Part shown: positions 61,971 to 64,000 of the stretch, in pieces | Layout: each line of letters starts with the position of its first letter | Position numbering within the stretch: position 1 is the stretch's first letter | DNA from: Ignavibacteriota bacterium | GTDB taxonomy: Bacteria; Bacteroidota; Ignavibacteria; UBA10030 | Length of the DNA: 64,000 nt | Assembly (NCBI GenBank): GCA_963701295.1 | Contig: OY969585.1 | Coordinates: forward strand, 2,880,895 to 2,944,894 | Direction of reading: 5' to 3' | Notes under the pieces: model-generated | Databases searched by the model: none | What the model was told of the DNA's origin: nothing | Seen by the model: the letters and a program-made list of their open reading frames with translations, nothing else | Made by a program: the position numbers and the translations under genes

Positions 61971-62795
61971 TTACGCGTTATACTTCGAGCGAAATGTGAA
62001 TCTCCTAGCTATTTGCAAAGGAAAGTAAGCACCCAATAGCGCCTTTTTGATAATTCTAAAAAACTTAAATAGATATTTTAATGGTGTATAAAATTCAGGA
62101 TTTATCCCATATTTTCCCCTGTATGCATCCGCTGTTACCTTGCACTCGTTAGCCATCTTATTCACGCTCAAATATGTTTTGCTTTGAGAATGCAGTCTGT
62201 ATGAACCGATAATGTCGTTTAATTGAAAAAATTTACATCGATTGAACGCGAATCTAAGGTAAAGCTCATAATCCATTGCATAAGTCAAATCTTCATTGAG
62301 CAGACCATACTTATCAAAACAATGCCTTCTAAAAAATCCGGCCGCATTTGCATGATAACATCTTTCTGTAAATAAATATATGTATAAATCTAATTTTAAT
62401 TCATTTGTAGCATGAAGGATTTTCCCATTTTCATCGATAAAATCTACATTCCCAAAAACAGCATCTACTTCAGGATGCTCCACAAATACTTTTGTCGCTT
62501 TTTGAATTGCATCTTCATAATATCTATCATCAGAGTTGATCCATCCAATAATTTCACCGGTTGCTATTTGCAATCCTTTATTTATAGCATGGCTTTGTCC
62601 CTTATCAGGCTCGCTTACCCAATACGCAATTTCTTTTTCATATTTATGAATAATTTCTCTAGAATTATCCGTTGACCCGCCATCTATGATAATATATTCC
62701 AGATTTAAATAATGTTGCTCGACAACACTGCCGATAGTCTCCTCAATGTATTTTCCCTGATTATACGATGGCGTTATGATTGATACTTTCAACAT
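61971..62795 (-). CDS. Glycosyltransferase family 2
   Basis: VSIITPSYNQGKYIEETI...IIIDGGSTDNS...NSDDRY. Confidence 0.75.
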   Translation of the reverse strand: MLKVSIITPSYNQGKYIEETIGSVVEQHYLNLEYIIIDGGSTDNSREIIHKYEKEIAYWVSEPDKGQSHAINKGLQIATGEIIGWINSDDRYYEDAIQKATKVFVEHPEVDAVFGNVDFIDENGKILHATNELKLDLYIYLFTERCYHANAAGFFRRHCFDKYGLLNEDLTYAMDYELYLRFAFNRCKFFQLNDIIGSYRLHSQSKTYLSVNKMANECKVTADAYRGKYGINPEFYTPLKYLFKFFRIIKKALLGAYFPLQIARRFTFRSKYNA

Positions 62796-62818
62796 TATTG
62801 ATTATGACTTAGCCAATA

Positions 62819-63661
62819 TCATTTTCCAAGAACATAGAAAACGTAGCACGGACCAATTTTTTCAAACAGATTTGTTCTATGATACTTTGTGTTAAAAGAA
62901 AATATTTTTGATAGTATTCTATCGATAATCATGAATAAACTATTATTAAATACCTGGATATTAAAAATTGTCCAGAGCTTGCCTATAAGGGGAAATTCAT
63001 GGTAATTTTTCTTAATGACTTTAAATCCAGAATCCACAATAATTTTGTCAAATATTTTGATTGGAATGCCTCTTTCATTTTTCGTACACCCATTGCGTGG
63101 AAATCGCCAATCACCCATTGATACGATAGGTTCTTTAATTAAGCAAAATCCACCAGGTTTAAGGCAGCGATACAATTCAAAAATTACTTTTGAGACATTG
63201 GCAACATGATGAAGAGTTGCAAATGAAACTATTAAATCAAATTTATCAGAGTCAAAAGGTAATTCTCCATTTATTGATGCCTTTATATACTTATAACCCT
63301 TTTTATTTTCAAAATATTTTTCAGATGATTCTATTATTGTCAAATTATTTATTTGATTGAGGATAGGCGTTAATTCCCTTCCATCTGCGCTTCCAAACCC
63401 TAATACCTCCTTAAATATATTTGACTTCTTTCTGATATAATTGAATCCATACATATTATGCAAAACATCATTATTCCTAAAGGGTTTGTATTTACCCTCA
63501 ATAAACAAGTTGAAATAAGCATCCTGTTCTTCTTTATAGAACAACTCCAATTGTTCTATATTAAAATCATCCCCATACAGTTTTATGCCTGCCAAGTATT
63601 CATTCATGATCATATTCTTTACTACATTAATTTTTTTTATATAAGCGATGCAACCATTCAA
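62819..63661 (-). CDS. Class I SAM-dependent methyltransferase
   Basis: VLGFGSADGREL (motif I)...FDLIVSFATLHHV...LKPGGFCLIKEP. Confidence 0.6.
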   Translation of the reverse strand: MNGCIAYIKKINVVKNMIMNEYLAGIKLYGDDFNIEQLELFYKEEQDAYFNLFIEGKYKPFRNNDVLHNMYGFNYIRKKSNIFKEVLGFGSADGRELTPILNQINNLTIIESSEKYFENKKGYKYIKASINGELPFDSDKFDLIVSFATLHHVANVSKVIFELYRCLKPGGFCLIKEPIVSMGDWRFPRNGCTKNERGIPIKIFDKIIVDSGFKVIKKNYHEFPLIGKLWTIFNIQVFNNSLFMIIDRILSKIFSFNTKYHRTNLFEKIGPCYVFYVLGK

Positions 63662-63758
63662 TCATCTTATTCTTGAATTAATATCAAATTATTTATTTAA
63701 CCAGATTATAAATGCGTTCTAATTATTTGACTGCGCAAAGACTAAGATATTTAAGCAA

Positions 63759-64000
63759 CTAAATAAATACAATTTTGTCTAATTCAATTTTAATTTTCTT
63801 ATACACATCATCAATTGTTATATTAGCAATACACGGAAAAGGATTTTCACGTTGCACTTGATAAATGCAATTCCATCCACACATAAAGCAATCCATTTTA
63901 TGAAACACTGGAATAATATTAGCCTTTTCCATTAATTTTTGAGGATATGGTATAAATTTGCCAAATTGCCCCCCACCGATAATACATAGCGAAGGTATTC
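63759..64000 (-). CDS. Hypothetical protein, C-terminal fragment; gene starts beyond the window end
   Basis: The open frame ...IPSLCIIGGGQFGKFIPYPQKLMEKANIIPVFHKMDCFMCGWNCIYQVQRENPFPC...ELDKIVFI ends at a TAG at 63759-63761. Function unknown. Confidence 0.3.
   Translation of the reverse strand, partial: IPSLCIIGGGQFGKFIPYPQKLMEKANIIPVFHKMDCFMCGWNCIYQVQRENPFPCIANITIDDVYKKIKIELDKIVFI

Overview
This 64 kb window looks like part of a chromosome from the FCB group (Bacteroidota/Ignavibacteriota-like). Two proteins end in a type-IX-secretion sorting domain of the '...NYPNPF...' type, and almost all genes sit on the minus strand. TGA, TAA and TAG are all used as stop codons. Housekeeping genes are interleaved with three surface-polysaccharide loci at about 9.5-13.5 kb, 32.9-57.3 kb and 58.8-63.7 kb, which together hold at least 13 glycosyltransferases, two complete Wzx-type flippases and one flippase remnant. 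The housekeeping genes are glgB, nadD, truA, corC, a radical-SAM methylthiotransferase, rpsA, ispH, cmk, a PBP4-type carboxypeptidase, prmA, a Ppx/GppA phosphatase, and an ECF sigma factor with its anti-sigma factor and a periplasmic partner. The large middle locus is also bounded by a Wzi-like outer-membrane protein at one end and a WbaP-type priming transferase at the other, and contains a block of nucleotide-sugar genes: ugd, a GDP-mannose-3,5-epimerase-like gene, gmd, fcl, a UDP-xylose synthase and glf. A 1789-aa C25 peptidase-like type-IX cargo protein sits inside it. Four things are not ordinary. (1) Two near-identical IS1595-family copies in inverted orientation bracket an AT-rich 3.8 kb cassette (flippase, Rmd-like reductase, sugar C-methyltransferase) and sit next to a decayed flippase gene; one copy has a perfect 8-bp target-site duplication. 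(2) A small GIY-YIG nuclease gene is sandwiched between two arrays of a structured palindromic repeat built from nested hairpins, one of which shows a compensatory stem change. (3) Arrays of a 7-bp-periodic tandem repeat (RGTRAAT and 14-mers derived from it) fill nearly every intergenic spacer of the nucleotide-sugar block, together with two damaged four-helix-bundle genes. (4) An otherwise intact C-N hydrolase gene carries an in-frame TGA. All calls come from reading the translations and the DNA by eye; no database search was run.
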